From a virus (Duplodnaviria; Caudoviricetes), in IMG/VR virus record IMGVR_UViG_3300009768_000006, positions 38,552 to 102,551 of that record: a stretch of DNA of 64,000 nucleotides; one strand, given 5' to 3'. The notes beneath the pieces are model-generated. The model was not told the DNA's origin. It did not search any database and saw only the letters and a list, made by a program, of their open reading frames with translations. A program made the position numbers and the translations under genes. Position 1 is the stretch's first letter; every line of letters starts with the position of its first letter. Shown here one piece after another: positions 48,948-57,869 of the stretch.

Positions 48948-48974
48948 GCTATCATGACGGAATCGGCAGACGTA
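48948..48974 (+). pseudogene. 5' fragment of a tRNA-Leu
   Basis: GCTATCATGACGGAATCGGCAGACG parallels the 5' end of tRNA-Leu(TAG) at 53203. Confidence 0.6.
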
Positions 48975-48977
48975 TAA

Positions 48978-49064
48978 GGCGGTATGGTGGAATTTGGCAT
49001 ACACACTGAACTTAAAATTCAGCAAGAGAAATCTTTGCGAGTTCGAATCTCGCTACCGCTACCA
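48978..49064 (+). tRNA. tRNA-Leu(TAA)
   Basis: CTGAA-CTTAAAA-TTCAG, long variable arm, CCA. Confidence 0.9.
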
Positions 49065-49165
49065 GATTGAATAAGAAAACAATAGCCTGATCATCTATTG
49101 AGATAATGATGCTCCTACATCAAGCTTATTCAATTAATTTAATAATTATTAGGAGGTAATTAACC

Positions 49166-49387
49166 ATCTATAAATGCATATGCAGTAAAGAATTTGAGAA
49201 GAGTCAATCTTATGTTGCTCATTGTAGTCATTGCAAAGTTCATTTAGGTTATAGTCCTATTGATAGATTTGGAGAATCTAGAGCATGGAATAAAGGTAGG
49301 ACTGTAGAAGATCCTGTATATGGAGATTCTATTAAGAAGATGAATATACAGACCCCTATTTATGACCTAACTTATACTATCTCGTAG
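49166..49387 (+). pseudogene. Degenerate homing-endonuclease-like N-terminus
   Basis: AGGAGG RBS then ATC in place of ATG; YKCICSKEF...AHCSHC, AWNKG (NUMOD3-like). Confidence 0.5.
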
Positions 49388-49448
49388 ACTTAGCAGAAAT
49401 TCCTATGAATAAGACAACAATTCATCTAATAGAAGCTGAATAAATTTA

Positions 49449-49472
49449 GCCTAACTTAAGACTAATGAACGT
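49449..49472 (+). promoter_or_regulatory. Phage promoter motif P17
   Basis: GCCTAACT-N11-AACGT. Confidence 0.8.
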
Positions 49473-49527
49473 CTATTAGGTTGAAAGAGGAATTAACTCT
49501 TAATTAACTTGAGGAGGATTTAAGAAA

Positions 49528-50436
49528 ATGGAAAGAATGACTGAAAGAGTCCCTATGTGGGAGAGGATTGGCACTTCTTCTGAGGATCACAGCTTTGATG
49601 CTCTGTTCAACAAAGCAGGTCTCAACTACAAGGTTGAGGTGAGAGATCTTCTCACAAGCAATGGCGTAGAGGTCAGGAAGGTCCCTGATAGGTTCGCTAC
49701 TGTCAGATCCGATACGGGCGATGTGCTCGGTATCGTAAGTGATCGGTACAAGGTTTGCCAGAATGAAGATGCTCTGGATTTCGTCAAGTTCATCGATGGA
49801 GTGGATCTCATCAGAGCAGGTATCTACAATGGAGGTTCCGGCTGCTACATGATCGGTAAGCTCCCTGAAGTCACTGTCCTCGGAGATAAAATCAGGCCTA
49901 ACATCATCTGGCAGAACACTCATGATGGATCTGGGAGCATCAGAAGTACTGTCTGCATGCTGCGTCTCGTTTGCCAGAATCAGTTCGTGCAAAGCTTCAA
50001 GAATTCGCCTGTGACTATCAAGTTCTCTCACATGGGCGACTTGAATGAAAAACTTCTCGCTGCTAAGCAGCAACTCGTCAGTGTCTATGACTACATCAGC
50101 GTGTATGAGGAAGAAGCTACTAAGTATGCTAGGAGCAAGATCACTCCTGAGAAATTCAACAAGATTCTCCAGTCCATGTTCAATATCAAAGAAGATAACT
50201 CGCCCAGGCTGAACCAGAGGCTCGAAACTGAGAAATCCATGTTTATCACAGCCTATGAACAAGAGGATAACCAGAACTTCAAAGGTACAAAGTGGGGAGT
50301 CATCAACGCTTTCAGTGACTTCATTACTCACGGAGCTCCTTCCCGTAAGTCTGAGAACTGGGATGAGAACAGATTCCTCTGGAGTCTGAATCCTAGCATC
50401 ATGGACAACTTCGTAGAGCTTATCGAAGCTGCTTAA
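49528..50436 (+). CDS. DUF932/DUF945-family protein
   Basis: AGLNYKV, ATVRSDTG.VLGIVSDRYKVCQN, NTHDGSG, RLVCQN, GTKWGVINA. Confidence 0.85.
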   Translation: MERMTERVPMWERIGTSSEDHSFDALFNKAGLNYKVEVRDLLTSNGVEVRKVPDRFATVRSDTGDVLGIVSDRYKVCQNEDALDFVKFIDGVDLIRAGIYNGGSGCYMIGKLPEVTVLGDKIRPNIIWQNTHDGSGSIRSTVCMLRLVCQNQFVQSFKNSPVTIKFSHMGDLNEKLLAAKQQLVSVYDYISVYEEEATKYARSKITPEKFNKILQSMFNIKEDNSPRLNQRLETEKSMFITAYEQEDNQNFKGTKWGVINAFSDFITHGAPSRKSENWDENRFLWSLNPSIMDNFVELIEAA

Positions 50437-50443
50437 AATCAGC

Positions 50444-50476
50444 AGGAGGCTGAGATAACCTCTTAGCCTCCTTATT
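50444..50476 (+). terminator. Hairpin/terminator before tRNA-Val
   Basis: AGGAGGCTGAGA...TCTTAGCCTCCT. Confidence 0.65.
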
Positions 50477-50478
50477 CT

Positions 50479-50554
50479 AGTCCGTTAGCTCAGTTGGGAG
50501 AGCGCTTGCCTTACAAGCAAGAGGTCCAGGGTTCGAGCCCCTGACGGACTACCA
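50479..50554 (+). tRNA. tRNA-Val(TAC)
   Basis: CTTGC-CTTACAA-GCAAG, CCA. Confidence 0.93.
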
Positions 50555-50574
50555 TAATATATAAGGAGGGTTCT

Positions 50575-51123
50575 ATGCATAAATTTCTATATGAGAGTGA
50601 CTATAATGATGATCCTGAAATAGTACATCAAGAATATACTAGTGCTAAGACCAGTATCAATAGTAGAAAATTACCTGCTATATTCTCGAAGATAGATTTC
50701 GAAGAAGGATCTATAAATTTGGATATAGGAGGAGGTAAGTATGATAATGTAGCAAATTGGATGAAACGTACTTATAATGCTACTAACTTGGTATATGATC
50801 CTTACAATAGATCTGATGAACATAATAGTAGAGTAATAAATATAGTCAGGGAACATGGAGGAGCAGACACAGTTACCTGCTCTAATGTATTGAATGTCAT
50901 AAAAGAAGAAGAAGCTAGGCTTGCTGTATTAAGAAACTGTAGAAAGTATCTTAAGCCTGGAGGTACTTGCTATATCACAGTCTATGAGAATGATAGAGAT
51001 GGAGTAGGTAAAGTTACTACTTCAGGATATCAGCTCAATAGAAGATTAGCGGATTATGTAGATGAAGTTAGCGAAATCTTCAGATCAGTTACTATACGTA
51101 ATAATATGATAATAGCTAGGTAA
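50575..51123 (+). CDS. Class I SAM-dependent methyltransferase
   Basis: NLDIGGGK, YDPY, SNVLNVI, LKPGG. Confidence 0.85.
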   Translation: MHKFLYESDYNDDPEIVHQEYTSAKTSINSRKLPAIFSKIDFEEGSINLDIGGGKYDNVANWMKRTYNATNLVYDPYNRSDEHNSRVINIVREHGGADTVTCSNVLNVIKEEEARLAVLRNCRKYLKPGGTCYITVYENDRDGVGKVTTSGYQLNRRLADYVDEVSEIFRSVTIRNNMIIAR

Positions 51124-51134
51124 GGAGAATCATC

Positions 51135-51449
51135 ATGGATAAAGAGAATATACTAAGACTATGTCTACAATCCTATGGTATATACTCACAGTCTATCATG
51201 GCTTTAGAAGAAATGAGTGAATTAGCTAAGGAGCTTTGCAAGACTTTCAGAGTACCTGACGATAAGGTATTTGAGCTAGGCTTAGCTGATAAGATAAGAG
51301 AAGAAATAGCTGATGTCAAAATCATGATGTATCAATTAGAACTATATTATGGTGATACTAGTGAATGGGAAGAGAAGAAATTAGCTAGACTAGAGGCTAT
51401 TATGAACAGAGATGCTAAGAATGGTAGTAATACATTCGTCATAAAATAG
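51135..51449 (+). CDS. MazG-like nucleotide pyrophosphohydrolase
   Basis: EEMSEL..EL...EEIADV. Confidence 0.75.
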   Translation: MDKENILRLCLQSYGIYSQSIMALEEMSELAKELCKTFRVPDDKVFELGLADKIREEIADVKIMMYQLELYYGDTSEWEEKKLARLEAIMNRDAKNGSNTFVIK

Positions 51450-51472
51450 CCTAACTCATGAGGATGTAACGT
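51449..51472 (+). promoter_or_regulatory. Phage promoter motif P18
   Basis: GCCTAACT-N11-AACGT, 10 nt upstream of tRNA-Ser. Confidence 0.85.
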
Positions 51473-51482
51473 TTATTATGTT

Positions 51483-51570
51483 GGAGAGTTGTCCGAGTGG
51501 TTTATGGAGTTGGTCTTGAAAATCAACGATCCTCCAGGATCCCAGAGTTCAAATCTCTGACTCTCCGCCA
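51483..51570 (+). tRNA. tRNA-Ser(TGA)
   Basis: GGAGAGT/ACTCTCC, TTGGT-CTTGAAA-ATCAA, variable arm, GCCA. Confidence 0.92.
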
Positions 51571-51910
51571 GTGCTTAGCGATAGGTAGTAGTCTAAGCTA
51601 GTATGGAACAAGAGGCTGTAAACTGATGAAGTTTACGAGATCTCCAAGATAAGTTTATGATAAGAATTAACTTACTCTTGCAAGTACATTAATTATACTA
51701 GTTATAATAAAGCTCGTACAAGTAATCCTTAGTATCTTATCTACTATGTCAACGTAGGTCTAAACGTTGAGAAAGGTTATGGAGTACGAAGGTTGTGGAG
51801 AGTCTAAGTATTATAGGAGAGGGGTTAGTTGATCTGTTGTGTCGGAGGGTAGGAGTACTAGCAATTCATGTTACTGAGTACAAGTATCCTGTAATGCTTA
51901 TTCTCTCCAT
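51571..51910 (+). ncRNA. Structured ncRNA candidate (about 340 nt)
   Basis: No ORF; long stems with G-U pairs directly after tRNA-Ser. Confidence 0.55.
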
Positions 51911-51934
51911 GGATCTTAAAAAAGGAGTTTACTT

Positions 51935-52240
51935 ATGAAAGACTATCAGGTCAGAGTGAATTGCACTGAAACTACTACTAGGGATGTCATAGTGAACGTA
52001 GATCCTATGGAATTCCTTGATCAGCTAATAACTTCTGTAGTTCAGCTTCCTAGAGACACTATCATAGATGATAAAGGGAATTATGTAATTCCTAATAAAG
52101 ATATCTCTCAGAGATTGATCATCAACAATTACATAACTCTCAATGTCAAACTCAGTGAAGAAGAAATCACTGTATTCAAGGATATCTTAAAGCTTAAGGA
52201 TTCTTTAAACAAGCTACTTAATGGTCCATTAGCTCAGTAG
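51935..52240 (+). CDS. Hypothetical protein (3' end overlaps tRNA-Arg)
   Basis: AGGAG RBS. Confidence 0.6.
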   Translation: MKDYQVRVNCTETTTRDVIVNVDPMEFLDQLITSVVQLPRDTIIDDKGNYVIPNKDISQRLIINNYITLNVKLSEEEITVFKDILKLKDSLNKLLNGPLAQ

Positions 52241-52299
52241 GATAGAGCAATAGCCTTCTAAGCTATGAGTCTGAGGTTCGATTCCTCAATGGATCACCA
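52223..52299 (+). tRNA. tRNA-Arg(TCT)
   Basis: ATAGC-CTTCTAA-GCTAT, CCA. Confidence 0.92.
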
Positions 52300-52326
52300 A
52301 CACTAGTAACGGAGGATCTAACTAAT

Positions 52327-52572
52327 ATGAATTACTTGCATAGAGTTGAAGCAGCTATAGTAGAGAAAATATATGAGCAGGGAGGTGTATGGTGTAAAAT
52401 TACTACTTTAAAGACTAACGTTGATATAACTATATACAGATATGGATTCACAGCATATGAGAATTTGGCTAGAGATAAATTCGCTGTAATAGAATCAGGA
52501 GTTACTAAGCTAGAGGAAGCATCTCTACAAGATGTTGCCAAGTATATAATAATCAGGAATAAATCTAAGTGA
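52327..52572 (+). CDS. Hypothetical protein
   Basis: GGAGG RBS. Confidence 0.6.
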   Translation: MNYLHRVEAAIVEKIYEQGGVWCKITTLKTNVDITIYRYGFTAYENLARDKFAVIESGVTKLEEASLQDVAKYIIIRNKSK

Positions 52573-52573
52573 T

Positions 52574-52647
52574 GCTAATGTAGTATAAAGGTAGTATACT
52601 AGTCTTCCAAATTAGTGGTGTGGGTTCGATTCCCATCATTAGCTCCA
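52574..52647 (+). tRNA. tRNA-Gly(TCC)
   Basis: GCTAATG/CATTAGC, CTAGT-CTTCCAA-ATTAG, TCCA. Confidence 0.88.
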
Positions 52648-52830
52648 ATTAACTAAGGAGGATTACATAATGGAAGAGAAACTCTATATCTATAGGATCT
52701 CAGAAACTTTTCCTCTTGAAATTGAATTGATGGATAAACGTACAATAGTTTATGAGAACTCGCAATATTACTACTGTAAAGTTAATGGAGTTAATGGGTC
52801 AATCTATCTAGAGTCTCATCCAAAAACTAT

Positions 52831-53070
52831 GTGAACAATCCAGAACTAGGATTGCATTCAGTATTTACAGAATCCTTCTTGAGAGAACATGATTATAATA
52901 TAGAAGCATTATTAAGGGATAAGCTGAAGGATTCTTTGAGATGGAAAATTAATCATGATCAATTAAATATCGAAGAGCTTGAAGATAGACTGAAGAAAGC
53001 TAGAGAATCATTGAAATCACACTCAGATCAACTACAAGTCTTGACTGATAATACTGAAGAATCTACGTAA
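52831..53070 (+). CDS. Hypothetical coiled-coil protein (possibly 3' part of a frameshifted gene starting at 52670)
   Basis: ORF; upstream 54-codon ORF overlaps at ATGTGA. Confidence 0.45.
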   Translation: MNNPELGLHSVFTESFLREHDYNIEALLRDKLKDSLRWKINHDQLNIEELEDRLKKARESLKSHSDQLQVLTDNTEEST

Positions 53071-53075
53071 ATCCT

Positions 53076-53151
53076 GCTCCGTTAGCTCAATTGGTAGAGC
53101 ATCGGTTTTGTACTCCGAGGGTTGCGAATTCAAATTTTGCACGGAGCTCCA
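53076..53151 (+). tRNA. tRNA-Thr(TGT)
   Basis: GCTCCGT/ACGGAGC, anticodon loop TTTGTAC, slightly degenerate stems. Confidence 0.8.
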
Positions 53152-53157
53152 ATATAA

Positions 53158-53181
53158 GGCTAACTTTAGACATTAGAACGT
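53158..53181 (+). promoter_or_regulatory. Phage promoter motif P19
   Basis: GGCTAACT-N11-AACGT. Confidence 0.8.
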
Positions 53182-53202
53182 TACTTATTGTGTAACCAAG
53201 AA

Positions 53203-53288
53203 GCTACTATGGCGGAATTGGCAGACGCGATGGTCTTAGAAGCCATTGGAGAATATCCGTGTCGGTTCGAGTCCGACTAGTAGCACCA
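53203..53288 (+). tRNA. tRNA-Leu(TAG)
   Basis: GCTACTA/TAGTAGC, ATGGT-CTTAGAA-GCCAT, variable arm, CCA. Confidence 0.92.
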
Positions 53289-53310
53289 AAAGAATAACTA
53301 GGAGTAATTT

Positions 53311-53784
53311 ATGAATAAAAGAATTATTGAATGCAAATTCTTAACAACCTCGACTCCTTGGGAGTATTCATATGAATCTGGTAAATACGTTATTAAGACT
53401 AAATCTGGATTTTATATAGGTGTAGTAGAATCGAAGCTATCAGCACAATTACTCATAGATAGTGTAAATAATTATGAAAAACTGCTTGATGACTACAATA
53501 AGATAGACTCTAAGTTAGAGTATTACAAGAAACTTTTAGCAAAGTACAGTCAATCTAAGAATAATTCGGATTGGCATTATGTGAGTGACTGTGCTCCTAT
53601 TATACTAGTTCATGATTACTGTAGTAAATTACTAGAATTATCAGATGGTAATTCTACTGTTCTGGGATATTATACTAAAGATAGAGTTTATATCCCTTAT
53701 GACTCTACTATCACTAGCCTATATACTATAGATAAAGTAGTAAAGTGGAGATACTATGAGGAGGCAATAGATTATGATTATTAA
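53311..53784 (+). CDS. Hypothetical protein
   Basis: ORF with RBS. Confidence 0.65.
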   Translation: MNKRIIECKFLTTSTPWEYSYESGKYVIKTKSGFYIGVVESKLSAQLLIDSVNNYEKLLDDYNKIDSKLEYYKKLLAKYSQSKNNSDWHYVSDCAPIILVHDYCSKLLELSDGNSTVLGYYTKDRVYIPYDSTITSLYTIDKVVKWRYYEEAIDYDY

Positions 53785-54166
53785 GTTGTATGGAAAAGAG
53801 TATAAAGTAAATCTAACAGTTGCATCCTATAGTCAGTATGGCAATTTAGCTTTGCAGCTTATTCATACTGATGATGATGGATATTTAGAACCTTTCGGAT
53901 TCATCACTAAAAATCTCTCTAACGTAGATAAATTCCAAGCATTCTTAGATGTTAACAATATGCCTGGTATAGAAGTATTTGTGCAGAAATACAAACTAGG
54001 AGTACCTAAAGGAACTATGGCTAGTTCTGGCTATTGTATGTATCCTCTTTATGAGTTCGATGAGGCTGTACTAAGAAGCTATGATAACTATGGTGTTGAT
54101 AAATATTTGAAGGTTAATGATTATAAGAAAGGTGTTCATAATGAGAATAAGAGGAACCGCAGCTAG
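53774..54166 (+). CDS. DUF4313-like protein
   Basis: LALQL...EPFG.IT.NL...AFLDVNN...SGYC.YPLYEF. Confidence 0.7.
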   Translation: MIIKLYGKEYKVNLTVASYSQYGNLALQLIHTDDDGYLEPFGFITKNLSNVDKFQAFLDVNNMPGIEVFVQKYKLGVPKGTMASSGYCMYPLYEFDEAVLRSYDNYGVDKYLKVNDYKKGVHNENKRNRS

Positions 54167-54317
54167 TTATGTAATAGGTACAGTTGCATTATTAGTAGTC
54201 GGTAAGATAATATCGGACGGTAACTTCCTTTCAAGTTATATTGGTAGGATCATATCTGGATTACTTATAGTAGCAGGATTGATATTATTTATCTATCTGT
54301 ATATTAAATATATGTAA
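54141..54317 (+). CDS. Small two-TM membrane protein
   Basis: Hydrophobic helices. Confidence 0.5.
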   Translation: MRIRGTAASYVIGTVALLVVGKIISDGNFLSSYIGRIISGLLIVAGLILFIYLYIKYM

Positions 54318-54328
54318 GAGGAGTAACT

Positions 54329-54598
54329 ATGGCTAAATCAGTAATTCTAATCAGTACACCTAATTGTGGTAAGTGCAAAATGCTCTATCAAAGTCTCAAG
54401 TCTTATTGCCAACGTAAAGATATACCTATGGAAAAGATAGACTATGAGAACCTTCCAGAGAATATCCAGGAAGATGTAGTGAAGTCTAATCATAAATCTG
54501 TACCTATCTTGTATCTGATTACAGATGAGTACAATTATGTATTTGGAGGAGATAATGCATTTCTAGATCTGAAACAATTCTTGATGGATAATAAATAA
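54329..54598 (+). CDS. Glutaredoxin/thioredoxin-like protein
   Basis: CGKC, SVP. Confidence 0.8.
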   Translation: MAKSVILISTPNCGKCKMLYQSLKSYCQRKDIPMEKIDYENLPENIQEDVVKSNHKSVPILYLITDEYNYVFGGDNAFLDLKQFLMDNK

Positions 54599-54613
54599 TA
54601 TAAGGAGTAATAT

Positions 54614-55741
54614 ATGTATCAATACATAACGTCAGAATCAGTATGTGCAGGTCATCCTGATAAGTTGTGCGATAAGATAGCAGATAGCATATTGGATGAA
54701 GCTATTCGTATAGATAAGTATGCTAGGATGGCTGTAGAAGCTACCATAAAAGATAACTTCATATTTATCTATGGTGAGTCTAGTGTAGATGGTATAGACT
54801 ATGGAGGTATCGCGAAGAAAGTTATCGAAGATGTAGGTTATGATGAAGATTATGAAGTATTAATCAAAGTATCAAAACAATCCAACGAGATAGCTAATGC
54901 AGTGATTAATCCTTCATCTGGTAAATTAGGCGCTGGGGATCAAGGTATAGTGTATGGATATGCTACAGATGAAACTCCTAACTATATGCCGATGCCTATA
55001 TATCTTGCTCATGCTATAGCTAAAAAACTAGACAATCCAGACTATAGATATATATTAGGTCCTGATGGTAAGACTCAAGTAACTGTAGCTTACAACAATA
55101 AATATAAACCTGCCGATGTGCATAATATATTAGTTTCTAAGCAACATAGAGAAAATGTTAATATCAAGGAGCTTAGAGACTTTCTTCAATACAAATTGAA
55201 CTTTAAATCATTAATGGATGAGCTGAATCTTTATTCCTATTTTACTAATGATTTAGAGTATCAAGGATATGCTCCTGCCTATATCATCAATCCATCTGGT
55301 AGCTTTGTAGTAGGAGGATCATTTGGAGATAGTGGTACTACAGGTAGGAAGATAGTAGTAGATACATATGGAGGAGTAGGCAGAGTAGGAGGTGGCGCTC
55401 TAAGCAGTAAGGATCCTACTAAAGTAGATAGATCAGGAGCTTATTACGCTAGATATGTAGCTAAGAATATAGTGTACAATAAGCTAGCAACTAGATGTGA
55501 GATACAAGTTGCTTATGGTATAGGATTATCTGAACCTATCTCTTTCCATTTAGATTGCTATGGTACTAATACTGAGCCTATTAATAATATATATAGTCTA
55601 ATAGGTGATAAATTCGATTTTAGTCCATACAATATCATAGAAGAACTAGATTTGCGTAGACCTATCTATGCAGATACAGCTGTATATGGTCACTATGGTG
55701 ATCCTAAATATCCTTGGGAGCAAGTCAAAATAATTACTTAG
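54614..55741 (+). CDS. metK: S-adenosylmethionine synthetase
   Basis: TSESV..GHPDK, GAGDQG, PDGKTQVT, GRKIVVDTYGG, GGGALSSKDPTKVDRSG. Confidence 0.96.
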   Translation: MYQYITSESVCAGHPDKLCDKIADSILDEAIRIDKYARMAVEATIKDNFIFIYGESSVDGIDYGGIAKKVIEDVGYDEDYEVLIKVSKQSNEIANAVINPSSGKLGAGDQGIVYGYATDETPNYMPMPIYLAHAIAKKLDNPDYRYILGPDGKTQVTVAYNNKYKPADVHNILVSKQHRENVNIKELRDFLQYKLNFKSLMDELNLYSYFTNDLEYQGYAPAYIINPSGSFVVGGSFGDSGTTGRKIVVDTYGGVGRVGGGALSSKDPTKVDRSGAYYARYVAKNIVYNKLATRCEIQVAYGIGLSEPISFHLDCYGTNTEPINNIYSLIGDKFDFSPYNIIEELDLRRPIYADTAVYGHYGDPKYPWEQVKIIT

Positions 55742-55764
55742 GCTAACTTCAGAGGATGTAACGT
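55741..55764 (+). promoter_or_regulatory. Phage promoter motif P20
   Basis: GGCTAACT-N11-AACGT. Confidence 0.8.
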
Positions 55765-55796
55765 TACTATATGTATAAGAAAGGAGTGTTAAGAAT

Positions 55797-56672
55797 ATGA
55801 AGCTAACTAGAGACGTTATCCAGAAATTGATCATATTAGCGGGGTTGCAAGAGAAAGGATTACTTACGATTTCTCAAGTTACTAATGTGGACGGAACTGT
55901 GCATGATTACAGCACAAGTCCTGAGATTATCAGTAATGCAGAGAAGTGTAATTTCTCACTAAGAGGATCTTACTCAGGATCTCCAGTATTCAGTACTATC
56001 TACATTGTAAAAAATTATGATGTACAAGTGCTGAATCTTAATGTTAAAATCGATGAACCTCATGGTGATTTCCTGGATATCAAGGAGCTTCTGAATGAAG
56101 GATATTCTAGCTTCTATGAAGATGGGAAAGTATTCATAAAAGGAGTAGTAGAATTCTCAGGTAACAAATTCACTAATGAGGATACTGCTAACATCGATGT
56201 ATTAGGTAGCCAAATAGTAAGTTATATAAAGGCTATCGATTATTATTCTAATCTACTGTCTCAGACTCGTAAGGTCATCAAGGAGATGAAACCTCCAGTT
56301 GAGAAGTCAGCTGATGAACCTAAAGATGATACGCCGGTAGAGGAAGAAGTAATCAAAGAAACTATTCAATGTGTCAGTTATCAGTACAAGCACGATATCA
56401 ATTATGGGGATTATACCTCAATATTACGAGCTAATAGCTTAGAAGCACTTCAGCAGTATGCTACTGATTTGCGATTGACTATCCAACGTGCTCGTACTAC
56501 ATCAAGAGCTTTGCAGTATGCAATGGATATGATTCTCCAGTATTCTGTCAGCTTGAATGAGGGTCATTATCCCTCACTTCCTCTTCCTAGAAGTAAGAAT
56601 AAAACCTATCAAGTAATAAATACATACGAAGGTAGAGAACTTCGCCGAATCGTATGGAATATAAAGGAGTAG
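55797..56672 (+). CDS. Hypothetical protein
   Basis: AAGGAG RBS after P20. Confidence 0.7.
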   Translation: MKLTRDVIQKLIILAGLQEKGLLTISQVTNVDGTVHDYSTSPEIISNAEKCNFSLRGSYSGSPVFSTIYIVKNYDVQVLNLNVKIDEPHGDFLDIKELLNEGYSSFYEDGKVFIKGVVEFSGNKFTNEDTANIDVLGSQIVSYIKAIDYYSNLLSQTRKVIKEMKPPVEKSADEPKDDTPVEEEVIKETIQCVSYQYKHDINYGDYTSILRANSLEALQQYATDLRLTIQRARTTSRALQYAMDMILQYSVSLNEGHYPSLPLPRSKNKTYQVINTYEGRELRRIVWNIKE

Positions 56673-56677
56673 TGAAT

Positions 56678-56965
56678 ATGGGTGACATTGTAAACGAAGT
56701 AAGAAAGCATCGTATCAACATGATCGTGAAGCTTCTGGAGACTGAGATAGAAGGTTTGAAGAAGCAAGGTTATGAAGTAGAGTTCGGTAAAATCGGTCAG
56801 AAGTCTACGTATGCTCTGATCAAGAATAAGGAAGGTGAAGAGTATGTAGGTTATACTTATGTAGCCAACCTGAACAACAGTGATCCTGACTATGGCAACT
56901 ATAAAGCTCTTCTTCAGGCTACTGCCAGGAAGTCATTCGAAGAAGATAAAGTAAAGTCCAAGTAA
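56678..56965 (+). CDS. Hypothetical protein
   Basis: AAGGAG RBS. Confidence 0.6.
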   Translation: MGDIVNEVRKHRINMIVKLLETEIEGLKKQGYEVEFGKIGQKSTYALIKNKEGEEYVGYTYVANLNNSDPDYGNYKALLQATARKSFEEDKVKSK

Positions 56966-56971
56966 TTTATG

Positions 56972-57003
56972 AAGAGAGTAGGCTAAATACCTACTCTCTT
57001 TTA
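56972..57003 (+). terminator. Intrinsic terminator
   Basis: AAGAGAGTAGG...CCTACTCTCTT followed by T-run. Confidence 0.85.
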
Positions 57004-57082
57004 CTACTTATTCTTTTTACCACGGTAAGCTGAATACAAGAAAAATGACTTATAGCCTATAGAGCAAGCACAGGAGGAAAGT

Positions 57083-57688
57083 ATGATAGGTATCGTAGTA
57101 GCACAAGAAGAAGAAGCTAGAGATCTTATAGAAGTCTTAAATCTTCATCATAACTGGCAGAACCTGCATTACGGTGATAATATAATACTCAGTATATCAG
57201 GAGTAGGTATGTTGAATGCAGCTATGGCTACAAGATTTCTATTAGATGAAGATGATCATATGGATAAACTAATCAACATAGGTACATGTGGTGGTAGATC
57301 TATTCAGCCTAACACTATCGTATCACCTAGGATCATCCACAATGCTGATATGGATTTAACCGCTTTCGGACATGACCTATATTACAATCCAGGTATGAGT
57401 AACAATATAATGATCACAGGATATGAAGGATTATTGGATGTACCTTGTTATACTACATCTAAGTTCAATGATAAAATAATATCAAAGTATGAACAATATA
57501 TCATAGATATGGAATTATATGGAATAGCATTTGCTTGTAAATCTTATCATCCTTATATAAACTTATCAGCTATCAAACTAGTTACTGATAATAGTGCTGA
57601 TACTAACGATGCTAAGTATACTTATGAGGAGAATTTAGCAAATAACTACAAGGACTTTGTTAAGAAAATAGCAAGCATGATTTCCTAG
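57083..57688 (+). CDS. mtnN: MTA/SAH nucleosidase (Pfs/MtnN)
   Basis: IGIVVA.EEE, SGVGMLNAA, INIGTCGG, D.DLTAFG, DME, K.VTDNSA. Confidence 0.85.
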   Translation: MIGIVVAQEEEARDLIEVLNLHHNWQNLHYGDNIILSISGVGMLNAAMATRFLLDEDDHMDKLINIGTCGGRSIQPNTIVSPRIIHNADMDLTAFGHDLYYNPGMSNNIMITGYEGLLDVPCYTTSKFNDKIISKYEQYIIDMELYGIAFACKSYHPYINLSAIKLVTDNSADTNDAKYTYEENLANNYKDFVKKIASMIS

Positions 57689-57869
57689 TATAGTGCTGGA
57701 TTCATAGCTTTAAATAGCTTTTTTATCAACTATAAGATTGCTTACCGCTTTTTGAATTTACCTATGTTCTAACTCTAATTAAAATTCGTAGCTACGTCCA
57801 TAAATTTTCAAATTCTTCACATAGACTAGGCGTATAATAGTTCAGATTAGTGTACGCTAGGGAGGTTAC

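Noticed and set aside
49504-50331. 275-aa minus-strand ORF
   Set aside because: Antisense shadow of the DUF932 gene; no motifs and no RBS. The same applies to the other short minus-strand ORFs in the track.
51623-51640. Hammerhead ribozyme core (CTGATGA)
   Set aside because: No stem II or GAAA; the motif is part of a simple hairpin
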